Shown one piece after another: positions 1 to 12,968 of a stretch of DNA of 64,000 nucleotides (positions are counted from its first letter, which is position 1; each line of letters begins with the position of its first letter). This stretch comes from Novakomyces olei (Eukaryota), in assembly GCA_016906335.1 (NCBI GenBank), contig JADEYG010000001.1:310001-374000 (forward strand). Reading direction: 5' to 3'. The notes beneath the pieces were generated by a model that saw nothing but the letters and a program-made list of their open reading frames with translations, was not told the DNA's origin and ran no database searches. The position numbers and the translations under genes were made by a program.

Positions 1-37
1 AAAAATATGCAAAGAAGGAACTTTAAATTACATATTT

Positions 38-1762
38 CTAAGGCTTGCAGCGTTCCGTAAAACGAGGGTAAAGCGACGTTTCTCGAACAGTGTAAAGATT
101 GAGCAGCCAAGCGAGAAAGCGCTCAAGTCCTATTCCGTAGCCGCCATGGTCGCAAGTGCCGTATTTGCGTTGGTCAGTAAACCAATAGTAAGGTGCTGGA
201 TCAATATTTTCCCGCTTGTAGCCCTCAGTAAGCTCATCTAGATCAGTTATACGCATACTGCCACCAGTGATTTCTCCAACGTTTGGCATCAACACATCAA
301 CACTCTCTGTGCACCTTTCATTTCCCGGGATTCGCTTCATGTAGAAGGATTTGATTTCCGCCGGGAAATTCACCAAAAAGATTGGCTTATTAATAAGATC
401 AGTCATTTGACGCTCAGCAGCTTCTCCGATATCATCACCAAACTCATGGTAATTTCCCTCCTTATCACGAATGTCATGTTCACGCAAATACTTGATAGCA
501 TCAGCATAGTCCAAGCGCATAAAAGGCCGAGTAGGCTTTTGGAATGTAGAGTTCAATTCGCGCACTGTTTTGCTGGCAAATGGATCAGCCAATATTTGAT
601 CAATCACAACGCAAATCAGCTCTTCTAAGTGCTCAAGAAATTCTGAAAAATCCAAAAAGGCCAGTTCTGCTTCAATGTGCGTATACTCAGAAAGGTGACG
701 ACGTGTATGAGCCTTTTCGGCGCGGAAACTCTCTTGAATGCAGAAAACATCGCCCAATGCGGGCAAACAGGTCTCCAAGTAGAGCTGGCTCGACTGGGTC
801 AAAAACGCGCGTTCACCGTAATAGTTGAGCTCAAACAGTGTCGAGCCGCCTTCAACCTGTGTTTGCACCATACAAGGCGGGGTAACCTCCGTCAGACCCA
901 ACATATCAAAAGCCGAACGAAACGCGCGAAGAGCAACTGCTCGCACTTTTAAAATTGACGAAGCAGTTTCCCCTCGGATGACCAGATGCCTTAAATCATA
1001 CAGTAGAGCGGGAGTGGCCTCAGCGTTAACCCGATTGGTAATAGACTCCTCGCCGGAAGGTGCCTTTTGGATAACTGTGTAATAATCGACCACCAGCTCC
1101 TGATCACCAGGTGCCTTTTTCCCTGGGGGCAATTCGTTCAGTATCCCATACACAGTAATTGTGCTTTCCAAAGTGAGCGTCAAGATATCGTAACTATCAG
1201 CCAGTTGGCCAGTCACAACGCATTGTAAGTAGCCGGTTCCATCGCGAAGAACAATGAAAGCAATTCCTTTCTGAAGCCGAAGCCTATGAACCCATCCGGA
1301 AACACGAACGCGACGGCCTCGATATTGTGAAGAACTTCCAATTTTAACTTTTTCCGCAGGCGCAAGGTCCGGATCTTGCTCCACCACTATATTTTTGGCT
1401 GCCTCAATACGCTCTGCTTCCGCTTTCTTATCAGCCAATAATTTGCTTTCGTGCTTTTTGGCGTTCTCTTCCGCTTTTGCACGTTTTTTAATAGCCGCTT
1501 CTACTATTTTGCGAGCTTTCTTTAAAGCTGCTCCAGAAATTTCTTGATATTCAGACTCACCTGCTTTTTTCACAAGGATGTTTGTTAGTTTTGGCACTGT
1601 TTCACAAGCAAAAATTGCCGTTTTGAACGGTGCTTCCTGAGAACCAGAATTCTTTTCATTGCTATCGCCGCCATTGGCCTCATCGACATAGACGACTAGC
1701 GGTTGCTTAGGTTCTTGGAGCTTTAGGGTGTCTATTTTTCCTTCCACAGAGGCAATTGCCAT
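38..1762 (-). CDS. DED81: Cytosolic asparaginyl-tRNA synthetase (class IIb)
   Basis: 574-aa ORF with eukaryotic N-terminal extension, OB-fold (RVRVSGWVHRLR, FIVLRDGTG), motif 2 (FRAEKAHTRRHLSEYTHIEAE) and motif 3 (HGGYGIGLERF); C-terminus YPRFTERCKP typical of eukaryotic AsnRS. Confidence 0.95.
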   Translation of the reverse strand: MAIASVEGKIDTLKLQEPKQPLVVYVDEANGGDSNEKNSGSQEAPFKTAIFACETVPKLTNILVKKAGESEYQEISGAALKKARKIVEAAIKKRAKAEENAKKHESKLLADKKAEAERIEAAKNIVVEQDPDLAPAEKVKIGSSSQYRGRRVRVSGWVHRLRLQKGIAFIVLRDGTGYLQCVVTGQLADSYDILTLTLESTITVYGILNELPPGKKAPGDQELVVDYYTVIQKAPSGEESITNRVNAEATPALLYDLRHLVIRGETASSILKVRAVALRAFRSAFDMLGLTEVTPPCMVQTQVEGGSTLFELNYYGERAFLTQSSQLYLETCLPALGDVFCIQESFRAEKAHTRRHLSEYTHIEAELAFLDFSEFLEHLEELICVVIDQILADPFASKTVRELNSTFQKPTRPFMRLDYADAIKYLREHDIRDKEGNYHEFGDDIGEAAERQMTDLINKPIFLVNFPAEIKSFYMKRIPGNERCTESVDVLMPNVGEITGGSMRITDLDELTEGYKRENIDPAPYYWFTDQRKYGTCDHGGYGIGLERFLAWLLNLYTVRETSLYPRFTERCKP

Positions 1763-2294
1763 TGCTTGGACGAATCTTTGAAATGATCAATCTCACTCGA
1801 AGAGATAATTTATGATAATGGACTTTATAATCGCAATTTGGTTGGCGCAGCAGAAACTTCAAGCGAGGAAGAATCCTATATTTATGATATACTGATAAAA
1901 GACGATAATAGTATTTAAAATGTCCGTTATCTGGCTTGTATGGGAAGGAAATTTAGACAGGTAATAGTTATACCAGTGCTGTATACTATCCATTAAATTA
2001 CCCCAATATGCCTTTATTTCGATTTTAATTCTCCATTATGCATTACGAAAAGTCGGCATGAAAGTAGTTGTAGGCTATTTATAAAAATCGAAAACGCAAA
2101 CTGAATTACTCGCATATATTAAAAGCTTATATTCCACCTTGCCTTCACACACATATATATATAAAACCCAAGCCGATTGCTCCACCGAATTATAAAATGC
2201 TTTAATTCCTCGTGCAAATTAATAAAACAGGGGATATTCCGATAAATTTCCAAAAAACAGAATGTAAAGAAAACTTTTGTTACACATAAATGTA

Positions 2295-3827
2295 TTAATG
2301 AACGCTTGCATACATTTTTTGAGCAATGGTAGTACTTGTGCGAATTCGTTCGCCGTACTTAAAAAAAATAAAAGGCAAGGGTAGCATGAGCACGGTAAGA
2401 AGTGCCAGTAACAGACTAGCGTACTGATAGCCCATTCCCTCATACATGTAATCACCAAATAATGGAAAGACAGCGCCCATAGTTGACCTATAGAGACTAT
2501 TGCTTGCTAATGCACTCGCCGCCCACGGCCGGTACCCTTCAACAAGGTACGTAAACACTCCAGTAAAAATAAAAACTGTCCCCGCAGCAAAGGGAACTGT
2601 AGCAATTATTGGTACGATCCAATGGACTGATTTATAAGTTGTAAAAGCAAACCACAATAAGCCAATCGGAACAAGAAATGAGCCCACCATTGCTGGCACA
2701 AGCCGTACTTCTGGAGCAGGCGTGTGAGTGCCAGGTGCCATTTTCTGATGAATTTTACGTTGTACAATAGATAACGGTGGAGTCAGGGCAGATCCAATCA
2801 CGAGCCCTACTGTGAGACCACAAAATGAAAGACCCGTTTGCCAAAGATTGAATCCGTGATTGTTCCCAAACACAAGAGGGAAAGCACCAAAAAACAAGTA
2901 AAGAATTCCGAGCAATAATGCAGTGTAAGAGTTAAGCAGAAACACGATAGGTTCAGCAAAAAGAAGGAAAGGCCGGTATAATTGGTGCTTCAAAGCAGAT
3001 GATAACTTTTTACCACTAATCTCTAAGGGCGCCCGATATATAATAGTTTTATTTTCGAGCTCTGCATCACCATCAAGGCCCCCTGCAACAGCAGCAGCAG
3101 CAGCAGCGAGCTGTTTCTTTTGCACGCGACGTAACTTTTGTGCCTTTATAACTTCCAGGCGGGGCTTGTACGTCTCTGGAACAAAGAAAAAGAGAACTAT
3201 AGAAGTAACTCCAGACCAAATAAGCAGTACATAAAAAGTCCAGCGCCATGATGTGAATGAATTGATAAACCCACCAACGATGGGCCCAAGACTGGGTCCT
3301 AGAAATGGAGAAGCAGAATATATAGCCATAGGCAGGATGACTTCATGTGGGTCAAACATATCGGCTACGGTACCACCCGCAACAGAAAGAAAAGCAGACC
3401 CCACAAAGCCCCCAAAAAAGCGGCCGATTAACAATGTTTGAATATTTTGTCCAACGGCGCAGGGAATCTGCCATATACAAAGCAGAGACATAGATACGAC
3501 ATAGATGATTCGTCGCCCGTAAAATTCCGATAGAGGAGACAAGAAAAGTGGACCAAATCCCATACTGAGAATGAACAAGCTAAGGCCGAGCGTATTTACC
3601 TCGCGACCATACCCAAACTCTCTCTCCAGGTTTCTATAAGTAGACGAAAAAATAGAACTGTCCCCGGTCACACATACAGATCCCATACAAACGGCAATTA
3701 AAATGAACCATTTGCGGAGATTTCCAAAATTTTTAGGGTTAGTTGTGTCGTCGGCCGAGAGCTCGACCACCACGATATCGTGGTGCGAAGCTGATGTCGA
3801 CGATTCTCGCCTTAGAGCGTGTTGCAT
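2295..3827 (-). CDS. MFS multidrug transporter, DHA1 family
   Basis: About 12 hydrophobic segments; DHA1 signatures NPKNF..LRKW, GPLFLSPLSEFYGRR, GGTVADMF, PETY, PEVRL. First in-frame ATG is 3827 (the ORF track starts at a GTG at 3860, and an in-frame TAA lies two codons upstream of it). Confidence 0.9.
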   Translation of the reverse strand: MQHALRRESSTSASHHDIVVVELSADDTTNPKNFGNLRKWFILIAVCMGSVCVTGDSSIFSSTYRNLEREFGYGREVNTLGLSLFILSMGFGPLFLSPLSEFYGRRIIYVVSMSLLCIWQIPCAVGQNIQTLLIGRFFGGFVGSAFLSVAGGTVADMFDPHEVILPMAIYSASPFLGPSLGPIVGGFINSFTSWRWTFYVLLIWSGVTSIVLFFFVPETYKPRLEVIKAQKLRRVQKKQLAAAAAAVAGGLDGDAELENKTIIYRAPLEISGKKLSSALKHQLYRPFLLFAEPIVFLLNSYTALLLGILYLFFGAFPLVFGNNHGFNLWQTGLSFCGLTVGLVIGSALTPPLSIVQRKIHQKMAPGTHTPAPEVRLVPAMVGSFLVPIGLLWFAFTTYKSVHWIVPIIATVPFAAGTVFIFTGVFTYLVEGYRPWAASALASNSLYRSTMGAVFPLFGDYMYEGMGYQYASLLLALLTVLMLPLPFIFFKYGERIRTSTTIAQKMYASVH

Positions 3828-4607
3828 TGTGTTCGCTTCAACTTCAGGTTCCTTTCCCACGAATTAGAAAAGTTGCGCAAGCCGGGCATGCCTTTTTTAA
3901 ACAATCGTCGGGCCTATCGGCTTGTTTTTATGACACTTGAAGCTCTATAAACCACTTGCAAACATGATTAGTAAGGATTTATGTCGCATTGACTAGCGAC
4001 GGGTTTCGGGTCTTTATGGTAAAATATTCGCTTCACGTATCATTACAGGCATCTACCGACGCTAAAATTATAGCCCGCAATTAACGGAGTTAATATCAAA
4101 TCGCCGTTTACCGGCATTTAATATTCGTTATGAAAATTTCGTATTAGGAAAATTGTGACTGGATATGGATTACAAAAGATGGTTTTCCAGAAAAATAGCA
4201 AATCACCTTCATAATATAATAACAGAGTATAATATAAAGTTAGGCCGTGCGAAAAAGCAGAAGTTAGTGCATGACCGCGGGATGTGCCAAAGTTATTTAA
4301 AACGAAAAATAAAATTTGTTTTATCGGCATCGGCAGTTTGGCATGAATAGGAATTTTGGGCGGCAGATAAAATTATTTATTATCGTTCCTATTTATTATA
4401 AAACTAGCCGGCAAAAGAGTCGGTACTGTAAGAAATAGAAGATGAGCTAGCTGAGTTAATTCAAATAAACAGAGTTTGCCGCGTCTTCATTTGTGAAAAA
4501 TGAGTCATCTGCTTTGGGCGAGCATATCATTTACCAGAAGAAGTTCCTGTGATCTGAAACAAATGCAACTGACCCATATTCTAGGCTTATATATAATATA
4601 GGCATCT

Positions 4608-4842
4608 AAAAATAAAATAAAACAAAATAAAATAAAATAAAATAAAATAAAATAAAATAAAATAAAATAAAATAAAATAAAATAAAATAAAATAAAATAA
4701 AATAAAATAAAATAAAATAAAATAAAATAAAATAAAATAAAATAAAATAAAATAAAATAAAATAAAATAAAATAAAATAAAATAAAATAAAATAAAATAA
4801 AATAGAATAGAATAAAATCAAATTAAATTAAATCAAATCAAA
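4608..4842. repeat. (AAAAT)n pentanucleotide microsatellite, degenerating to AGAAT/AAATT/AAATC at the right end
   Basis: Directly visible near-perfect tandem array of ~200 bp plus a degenerate tail. Confidence 0.97.
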
Positions 4843-5225
4843 TTGTTGGAAATATAGGTTTGAACTTGTTCTTATAGTAAAATGTTTGCCTTAGAAACTC
4901 ACGAAAGCTTTAGCTGAATCTACCAATAGATCTGGGAGTTCTTGGGTTACATATATGACTATTTATGTTCAAAATGAGATCCAGTAAAACTCAAGCCAAG
5001 AACTGACACGCACGATGATGTATCGAATTAGGAAGAAAGTAAACAAAGGTGATATGGGGATAATCAAATTTCAACAAAAATTAAATTAAACATTATTTAA
5101 TTGTTTTCCAAATTACAAAATAAAACAAAATAATTGCTAGTTGAATCAATGTACAGAAAGCAGTAGGCGCCTCGCTACCACCAATACCACGGGCAACTTG
5201 AGCTTACATGTAAAGCAATTCTCAA

Positions 5226-7871
5226 ATGCCGCCGGCTACTGCTGCCGCGCTCATTGAGCGTGCACGTGCGCACGAGCGTCGAGCCGCGGCGGCTGAAATG
5301 CTAGATCCTAGAGCGGCTCTCTTACACTTTACCAGCGCTGCTCAGCTTTACATGGACGCAATGCCTGCCTTGAACACCTTGCAACGATCCCAGGTGGCAA
5401 ATGCTTTCCGCACAGTGACGTCTAGAGCCCAAGTGCTCAAGGGTATGAGTAATTTTACTGAGCAAGAACATGGAATGTAAAAACGAATATTTAATAATTG
5501 ATGAATCGACAGAAAAACCATATTTATTCAATAATTGCCCATCTAATGACTAGATCGCTATTCTCAAAAACCCCGAGAAGCAGAGCCGGCTGATCCAGCG
5601 CTGGAAGCAGAACTAACTGCGGAACAGGCGGAGGCTGTATTTTTGCAAGCATTCGAGAAGCAAAGTCAGATTGAGTGCGGCAGCGATTTGGAATGGCATT
5701 CAATCCCCCGACCTCAAGTCCAAGATTGGCCTAGTCTTATTTCCGCTTTTAATGGGACACTGGTTCAAGGCGAACTGCCAGATTGTTCCCTTATTTCTTG
5801 CCTTATTGCACTTTCCGATCTGAGTAAGCGCAAAGGCAAAGTCTTACTTGCCGACTGCTTTTCCACTCCTCAAGATGACGCTCAAACAGAGACTATTGGC
5901 GTCAGGTTCTACCGTCAGGGCGTATGGAAGACAATTTGGGTAAACTGCTCTGTGCAAAACGTAAACGGCCGTACTGTATCTTTGCATTGCACAGATAAAG
6001 CTTTATACCCCTATTTTTGCCTTCTAGAAAAAGCATACTTTGCTTGTAAGGGCCAAGCTGCTAATTGTGGCGCTGATCCAGGCAGTGATGCTTCCTTGCT
6101 CACTGCCTGGATACCTCAAGTTTGTGATTTACGACATGTTGATGCTCCATTTTTTCAGCATCTGCGCCGTGATTGGGAACAGGGAAGGATTATTATTACA
6201 CTTGGTATTCCTGCAAGTGGTAATAATAGTGGACAAACCGAATCAAACGAGACTTCAAAAGTTGCTAGCTTTCCGAATAATGATCTGGGTTTGTCATCAA
6301 GCGTCAATGCAATGATTGAACGCCAAGACTCCACTGTCTCAGACATTCGAGCGGGACATTGTTATGCGGTGGTAGGTTTTTCTGATCCTGCAGAGCCGGA
6401 CGCGCTTAAACTACGGGACCCTGCCGACCAAAAAGCGAATTACCGTTGGCTTCAATGGTCGGAATTGTTAGCCGCGGCTTTTCTTTTGTATATAAATCGT
6501 GACCCGGCCAGCCTTCCAAATACCGTACAGAGCAATTTCAATTTTGTAGTACATGCATCGCCTTTGCTACAGCCTCAATTGGCTGTAAGAAATGAGTCGC
6601 ACAATCCGCAAGACTTTTTGTGTGTGTTTGAGCGTGAAGAATTGTCTTCTTCATATCCTTTAATTCTTTATGCTATGGATGTATATTACGACACGGCCAA
6701 AGATTTGCGCGTGATCGGGAACAAGCTACCCAACGTCTCAACGCCGTGGGTTCATGGCGAATACAATAGTGTGCGGCTATTTTTAGCTCCGCACAGTACT
6801 GCTACTATAGTGCCAAAGCTGCGAAAACTAGAAAAAGCTTGGAAAAAAACTATAGAAACAAATGTACAAACAAATGAACAAACACAAAACGAGGACCAGG
6901 ACCTGCACCTCGATTTCAAGCACAAATCATTCAGCTCAGAGGCAAATTTTCGAGCAGGAGAAAAAGAAAGCTTTGTCTGCCGTGTTTCCGCCTACTCTCC
7001 GGACAATCTAGACCTTGCACTCGTTCCGTCAAAGATCTATAAACACTCGCAAACCATCGACGGACGCTGGCCAGTTTTACAGACTCACGAGACTACCGTT
7101 TCCAGTTCTAATACTAGTGCTACTAATGGCTGTATCGGCAGTGTATGGTACCGTTTAAATCCGCAATACTTGCTCGAGACAGAATCTATTGCAGATATTG
7201 CGATCGTGTTCCAATTAATGCAGGGAGATGGCATTAATACAGCAGCCAATATCGTGCTCTGTCATGAACCGAACCACGGATCAACACGTACTGGAAATGA
7301 AGATTCTGGGCTCCGAATCACAGCTGTTACGTCTCGCAATTTAGTAGGGGCAAATACGGCTTATCGTACGGGCCAGCAGAGCATTTTGCTCAGTGATCTG
7401 CGGCCTGGAAGGTACGTGCTAGTGCCTTCCATACTTTTGCCTACCGGAGAATCCCGGTCCCGATATAAATTTCGTATTCATCTTCATGCAACTTCCACGT
7501 TCAAAATAACTGGCCTCGCAGATATATACGCAGGCAAATTTTCTTCTGTGGCAAAGAAAGACTTGCCTCAGGGCAATTCAGCGTTTCGGTTTCTTATCAA
7601 GCCAGTCGCACTTTCACGCTGTCAGGCCTCAGTTTACGTTGCCAACGATGAACTTACTGCCTGTTCATTGCAGGCAGCAATTTTTAATACCGTCCAGCAA
7701 GAAAAGATCGTTGCCGGTTCCGGGGTATCTGCTATTTTCCTCCAAGAGACGGATCTTTTACGAGGCAACGATTATATGCTAGATGCTACATGTAATGCCG
7801 CCTCACCCTCCAAATTGCAGGTCGAGTTGATTTCAGATACCCCCGTTTCTATCGTGCCTGTCGCCTTATGA
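5226..7871 (+). CDS. RIM13: Calpain-like cysteine protease of the pH-signalling pathway (PalB/Rim13); intron 5443-5553
   Basis: Exon 1 encodes a helical MIT-like segment; a GTATGA...CTAAT...TAG intron joins it in frame to the 742-aa ORF; catalytic Cys motif QGELPDCSLISCL, His motif GHCYAVVG, LLEKAY, and calpain domain III motifs (WYRLNPQY, PGRYVLVPS). Confidence 0.8.
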
Positions 7872-8559
7872 GATATTTCAGGTCTTATGATTTTTTTTTT
7901 TTTTTTTTTGCTTTGTTTTATTTTTCTTTGCCTTTGACTTATTTCATTGAACACAGCATAATAAGCAGTAAATCCAATTGATCCAAGCAATATTCACAGC
8001 CCATCTTATAAGACTGATCTTGCATGAACAACTTGTCTTGCAATCAGAATTAATCTGTTCTTCATCAGCCAGTCTCAGCCTTTGTGGACTTCGTCTCATA
8101 TCACTAAAGTATCACAAATCATAAAAAGTGCCAATTTCGTCTTCGTAGAAACATTAGATATAGTGAGTAAGTCTTAAGTTTGCAAACGAAATCGGTCTGG
8201 ATTTGTTCCATAAACGTTGTAAAACGACCACCTGCTCGTATTATTGGATTCCTCAAATAGATTGACGAACGGCGAAAGCAAAACAAACAAACAAACCAAA
8301 AGCGCGTAAAGTATAGCGTTTGCCATTTAGAACACCAAAAGATTCAGTCAAACATTTATCGTAACTCAATTAGCCAATAAACTTAATTGAGCTATTCAGC
8401 AGTCCTTTGGAGCGACTTCAATTGGATCTGATCTGTATTCTTATTTAGAATTATGGATTCTGGACAAATTCCCAGAATACATAACGATTATAAACTTAAC
8501 AATAGTAATCAGATATCAAACCCCAAAGCAGAACGTGAACATGCAAGCGGCAAGTCAGC

Positions 8560-9050
8560 CCAGCCTCAAAACACTAGAAGAACCCGCTTGAATCATCGAC
8601 CCAAAAAGCTAGCAACTCAATAATAAATTGTAACAGTAACAATTCAATTGACGCCCAAGAGTTTTAATTAAGTTTGTGAGCGGAATATTTGGCCATGCCC
8701 AAGCTCATAGAATAAGCAGAACCCCGCTTGAATCATCGAGCCAAGTACTAGCAATTCAATAAGTAACAATAACAATTCAACCGACAGCCCAAGAGTTCTA
8801 TTTTTGATCGTGAGCGACACCAGCTCATAGAAAAAGCAGAACCCCGCTTGGTACTAGCAACTCAATAAGTAACAATAACAATTCAACCGACAGCCCTAGA
8901 GTTTTATTTTTGATCGTGAGCGACACCAGCTCATAGAATAAGCAGAACCCCGCTTGAATCATCGAGCCAAGTACTAGCAAATCAATAATAAATTGTAACA
9001 ACAACAATTCAACCGACGCCTAAGAGTTTTAATTTTAGTTTACGAGCGTA
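8560..9050. repeat. Degenerate tandem repeat, ~4 units of ~105-135 bp
   Basis: Core AAG(C/-)AGAACCC(C)GCTTG...CTAGCAA.TCAATAA...AACAATTCAA recurs at about 8578, 8714, 8835 and 8940. Confidence 0.85.
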
Positions 9051-9630
9051 AGATTAGTTATGGCGTCGCTTGATCCTCCGCTCAACCTTAAACTAGTCGC
9101 ATGACAGCCGGCCCTTGAATTATAATTTTAGCTTGCTGGGGCATTCGTGTCCTTTATAGCTCAAGGCTGATGCTTTTCGGCGTGGAAATATTTGGATCAA
9201 GGCACGCTTTTATACAGCTTACACTGAATGAGGCATCAAAAGCAATTATGAGGACATTAATTTGTAAAGTCGCGTTTTCGTGATCGAGGTATTTCCGTTT
9301 TCGTGTGCATGGTCGCGTTTTCGAGATTACAGAAACGTGACTTTAGCCCAAACAGGAAATAGGAATTAGCTAAGTAACGACGCCCTTTTCGCTGAACTTC
9401 TGATATTAATTTAAGATATCGTTTATCTTAATCTTTTCTAGATTTAACGGTTTAACTATATAATCATCCTTTTTTTTTTGGGGTAAAAATACGAGTCTCT
9501 AGAATCTTATAAATGGAGTAGACTTTATTCTCTTCCTATTAACAGACATTCAACTAGGACAAGTATGACCGATAAAATAAACTTCAAAATGCACGAAAAG
9601 ATTGAGAGCGAAACTAGATAGACTCGCTTA

Positions 9631-12345
9631 ATGTATGACGAGTGGGCGTTCACGCAAGAAGACCTTGCCAGTGGGGCGCAGGTATATGCCCCGTATTTAT
9701 TCCCAGTTTGAATTGCCCAATTTTTTGGTACTAAAGCCTTTAAAAGGACAAGCTGGGCCATTTGCACCTGCAGAGTCAGCCGTCACTACCGCTACAAAGT
9801 CCAGGTCAATTAGAAACGGAAGCTTTACAAGGTGAATCGTCTCAAAACAAAGCCATTCCTAAGACACATATTTCGGTTCCACGTGCGTCTCTACGGCAAC
9901 GCGCCTCGACTATCTCTGCGCGTAACGTCCAATCAGCAGCTACAGAGACCTTGGGCCATCAGCCGGCAAAGGTATTAGATGCAATACTCGTCGTATTGAA
10001 GCAGAATAATATGTCTGAGATGGAGCAACGGCACAGAATTGATGCTTTGGTTGGCAAAGGCTGCAATGCCCATGCAATAATGGCCCGCGATCGATTGGAT
10101 GCTGAGCTAAGCTTTAGTCAGGGCCTAGAGGCTCAAGTTCACGAGCTTTCTGGCAAATTGCACAGACTCCATTCGGGATTCGCTCAGGTAGACGAGCGTA
10201 CTGGAGACTTTCAGAGTAAGTGCAGCGCGCTCGTCGATGAGCGCGATAAAGCTCAAATAATCCAATCACAAATTACGGCTGATTTAGAAATATATTCGGC
10301 GTACGGAAACATTTCGAGGAGATTGCACTCGCCACCTGTGACCTTTGTTGCTCACAAGACTTTTCCGGCACTATTAAACGGAATAATTAATGGCATTTCT
10401 TTCATGGAATCTCGTAAAAGCCTCGGCAATAACGATGCTGAAGCATTTGCTCACAAATATAGGACTCAGCTGGCTCGTGCTATTAATTTAATAGCTACAT
10501 TTGTGCGTAGCCGAATAGATTCAGTCACCGAGTCTGTAGAGGCGGATATGATGGCCTCTTCCCGTCTTACAAAGGCTGCAACAATGGCTTACGTTTACGC
10601 ACGGTTTGCTTCAATGTTGCAAGACGACGGGCTAACACATGTCTTGCGTTTGGTTCGAGAAAAATTAAGTCAATCAGAATTTCAATCACTTTATGAGGAT
10701 TGTATGGCTCGGTACTTTGTTGCCCGTGTTAAACTCCTTCGTTCTATGGTGACAACTACGTGTCGCGAAACTGCTCAGAAAAATAATAGCAATAATAATA
10801 ATAAAAGCGGAAATGCTGCGCAAGTTCGTGCGCTCTTACTTTTTGCACGGGAGACATGCGAGGAAGAGTTAGAGCTTTGCTATCAATTCTTTCTCCCTCC
10901 TCTTGATATCTCTCTGAGCCGGTACTTTGTCGAGATATTACAGCCTGTATTAGACAGTTTACGGTCAATTATACCACAAGAAGACTCAATCGATGAATTG
11001 TGTGATTACATTGCATTAATACGTGCTATGGCTAAGCCAGATGGTATAACCAAGGACTACTTGTCTTCATTATACGTTTATTTGTATACGTTTAACTTTA
11101 ATATCATATTTGGTATTTGGCTAATATTCATATTTCAATCCTTTTAAAGACACTACTATTTCCTTGTTTATTAACAACCCCTTATTATGCTTTATTTGCT
11201 AAAACTACAGATTCATATGATGGTGCGAATGTGAAAGACCTGGATAATGAGGTCTTATTTTCAACAGTTTTAAAATCTATCCAAGATCGGATTATTTTCA
11301 GGGTGAGACAAACCGTCAGTCTAGAAATTGATGGCTTTGAACCGGACAAAAATATTTTAAATTACCCGCAATTATTTATCGAGGCCAGAAATGCTTCTGT
11401 TTCTCCAATTAAAGACGAGGGAGTTGACTTGGAAGTGGTCTATGCAGGCTGGTACCCGACACTTCGGAAAGGCGTGTCTATACTGTCACGTGTTTATCAG
11501 AACGTGAATGTATGCAAATTTGAGATTGCCGTTTTAAAATAGAATTATTCGATTTAAGTTTTTTTTTTCACCGTATATATATTCGCCCTAAATTTTCTAA
11601 CGATTCTTATATTCCCTTATCCCGTTTCTATTTCTTACTTAAACTTAATACAAGTATTCTAATTTCAATTTTATTATAGTCTCAAGTATTCGATCGGCTG
11701 GCTCACGAAGTCGTTCATTCCACCGTTCAGTCTCTTTTGCGTGCGTCACAAAAGCTGGGTAATATCAAATCCCCAACGGACGGTGATCTTTTCCTTATGA
11801 AGCATCTTCTCTTGTTCAAAGAGCGCATTGCCTCCTTTGACATTGAGTATGTGCAGCCTGAAATCGGACTTGATTTTTCTTCAATTGTTGGTGCCTTTTT
11901 TGAAGCGCGTGAGCGTGGTGAGCTTTTGAGCACTTCTGGCGTCTATAAGATTGCGCACCAGGGTTTTCGGGGCATGGTAAAAAACATGGTCGATGCTAAA
12001 AAAGAGCTGGACGCGCTATTACGTAGGACAATCAACTCGTTTGTACGTACAAGTGCAGAGTTATTGTACAGTGGTGCTGGTAATATGCCATTGGAATCGG
12101 TAAATGCAGAAACTATCAAAGATCAGAGCGATCGATTAAGTCAGGCTGTGAAGCTTTGCCGTGAGCAAATAACGTCTTTTGTGGATGATGCACGAACTGC
12201 AAATATATTGTTTGGAATGGTACACGATTCTTTGGTTGATCATTTGGTGCAAGCGTGGCAGAAAGGCATAGGAAGATTAAATCAGACTTTTGTCACCGTA
12301 CAAGAGCTGGTGGACTGGATAGACGCTGAATTTGCAGCTGAATAA
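9631..12345 (+). CDS. COG3: Conserved oligomeric Golgi complex subunit 3 (Sec34); predicted introns 9682-9746, 11044-11210, 11510-11679
   Basis: Sec34 motifs (DAEAFAHKYRTQLARA, WYPTLRKGVSILSRVY, VFDRLAHEVV, DGDLFLMKHLLLFKERIASFDIEY); the three GT-AG introns restore one continuous frame from ATG 9631. Confidence 0.85.
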
Positions 12346-12968
12346 TCATTATTTTGTCTCTACATTTAGAATAGCAAATGCCGAAAATACATTTTTGAAT
12401 AGAGGACGATAGACCAACATGATCGACTTTAGGGTTAGTTTGTGTTAAACGTGAATTATATTGTCACAAAAGCCAATATGTATGTTAGTGGTCAAGTTAT
12501 AGTTTATTATCAATAACAATTCGCGCTTCTTCGTGTGCTTGCCCTTGTCCTTAGACAACGTAGAATAGCTTTAATAGGAGAAAACAATTAATTAAACTAT
12601 GAAGTTCTGTTGAAGAATGTGTCTCATATTTATAGGCTGTTTGCTAAACAAGGGATGCTCCTTGAAGGCCAGCTTTACAAGGGCAGAAGGTCAAGGGGCT
12701 CAAGGAAATACCCAAAGAGGTAGAAGGGGTTCCTCAAGTGAGTATAAGTCAGTGTTCCTTTATCGGTCAAGGTCATAACCCGAATATTGGTTTATAATAA
12801 TCTGTCTTTCGGATTATCATGATGGGGGGTCCTATCATGTATAAAAGCTCTTTTTGTATTATTGCTGAAATTAAAATAGTCACCGACGAACTAATGGCTG
12901 AATAAATAATAATTGAAGTATATTAAATATTTATTATATGTAGATAAAAGCAAGCTTCGATTGACCTC

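Noticed and set aside
4606-4821. 71-aa ORF of FYFIL repeats
   Set aside because: Translation of the (ATTTT)n microsatellite; not a gene.
8560-9050. Possible CRISPR array
   Set aside because: Eukaryotic context, whole units repeat with no unique spacers, no cas genes.
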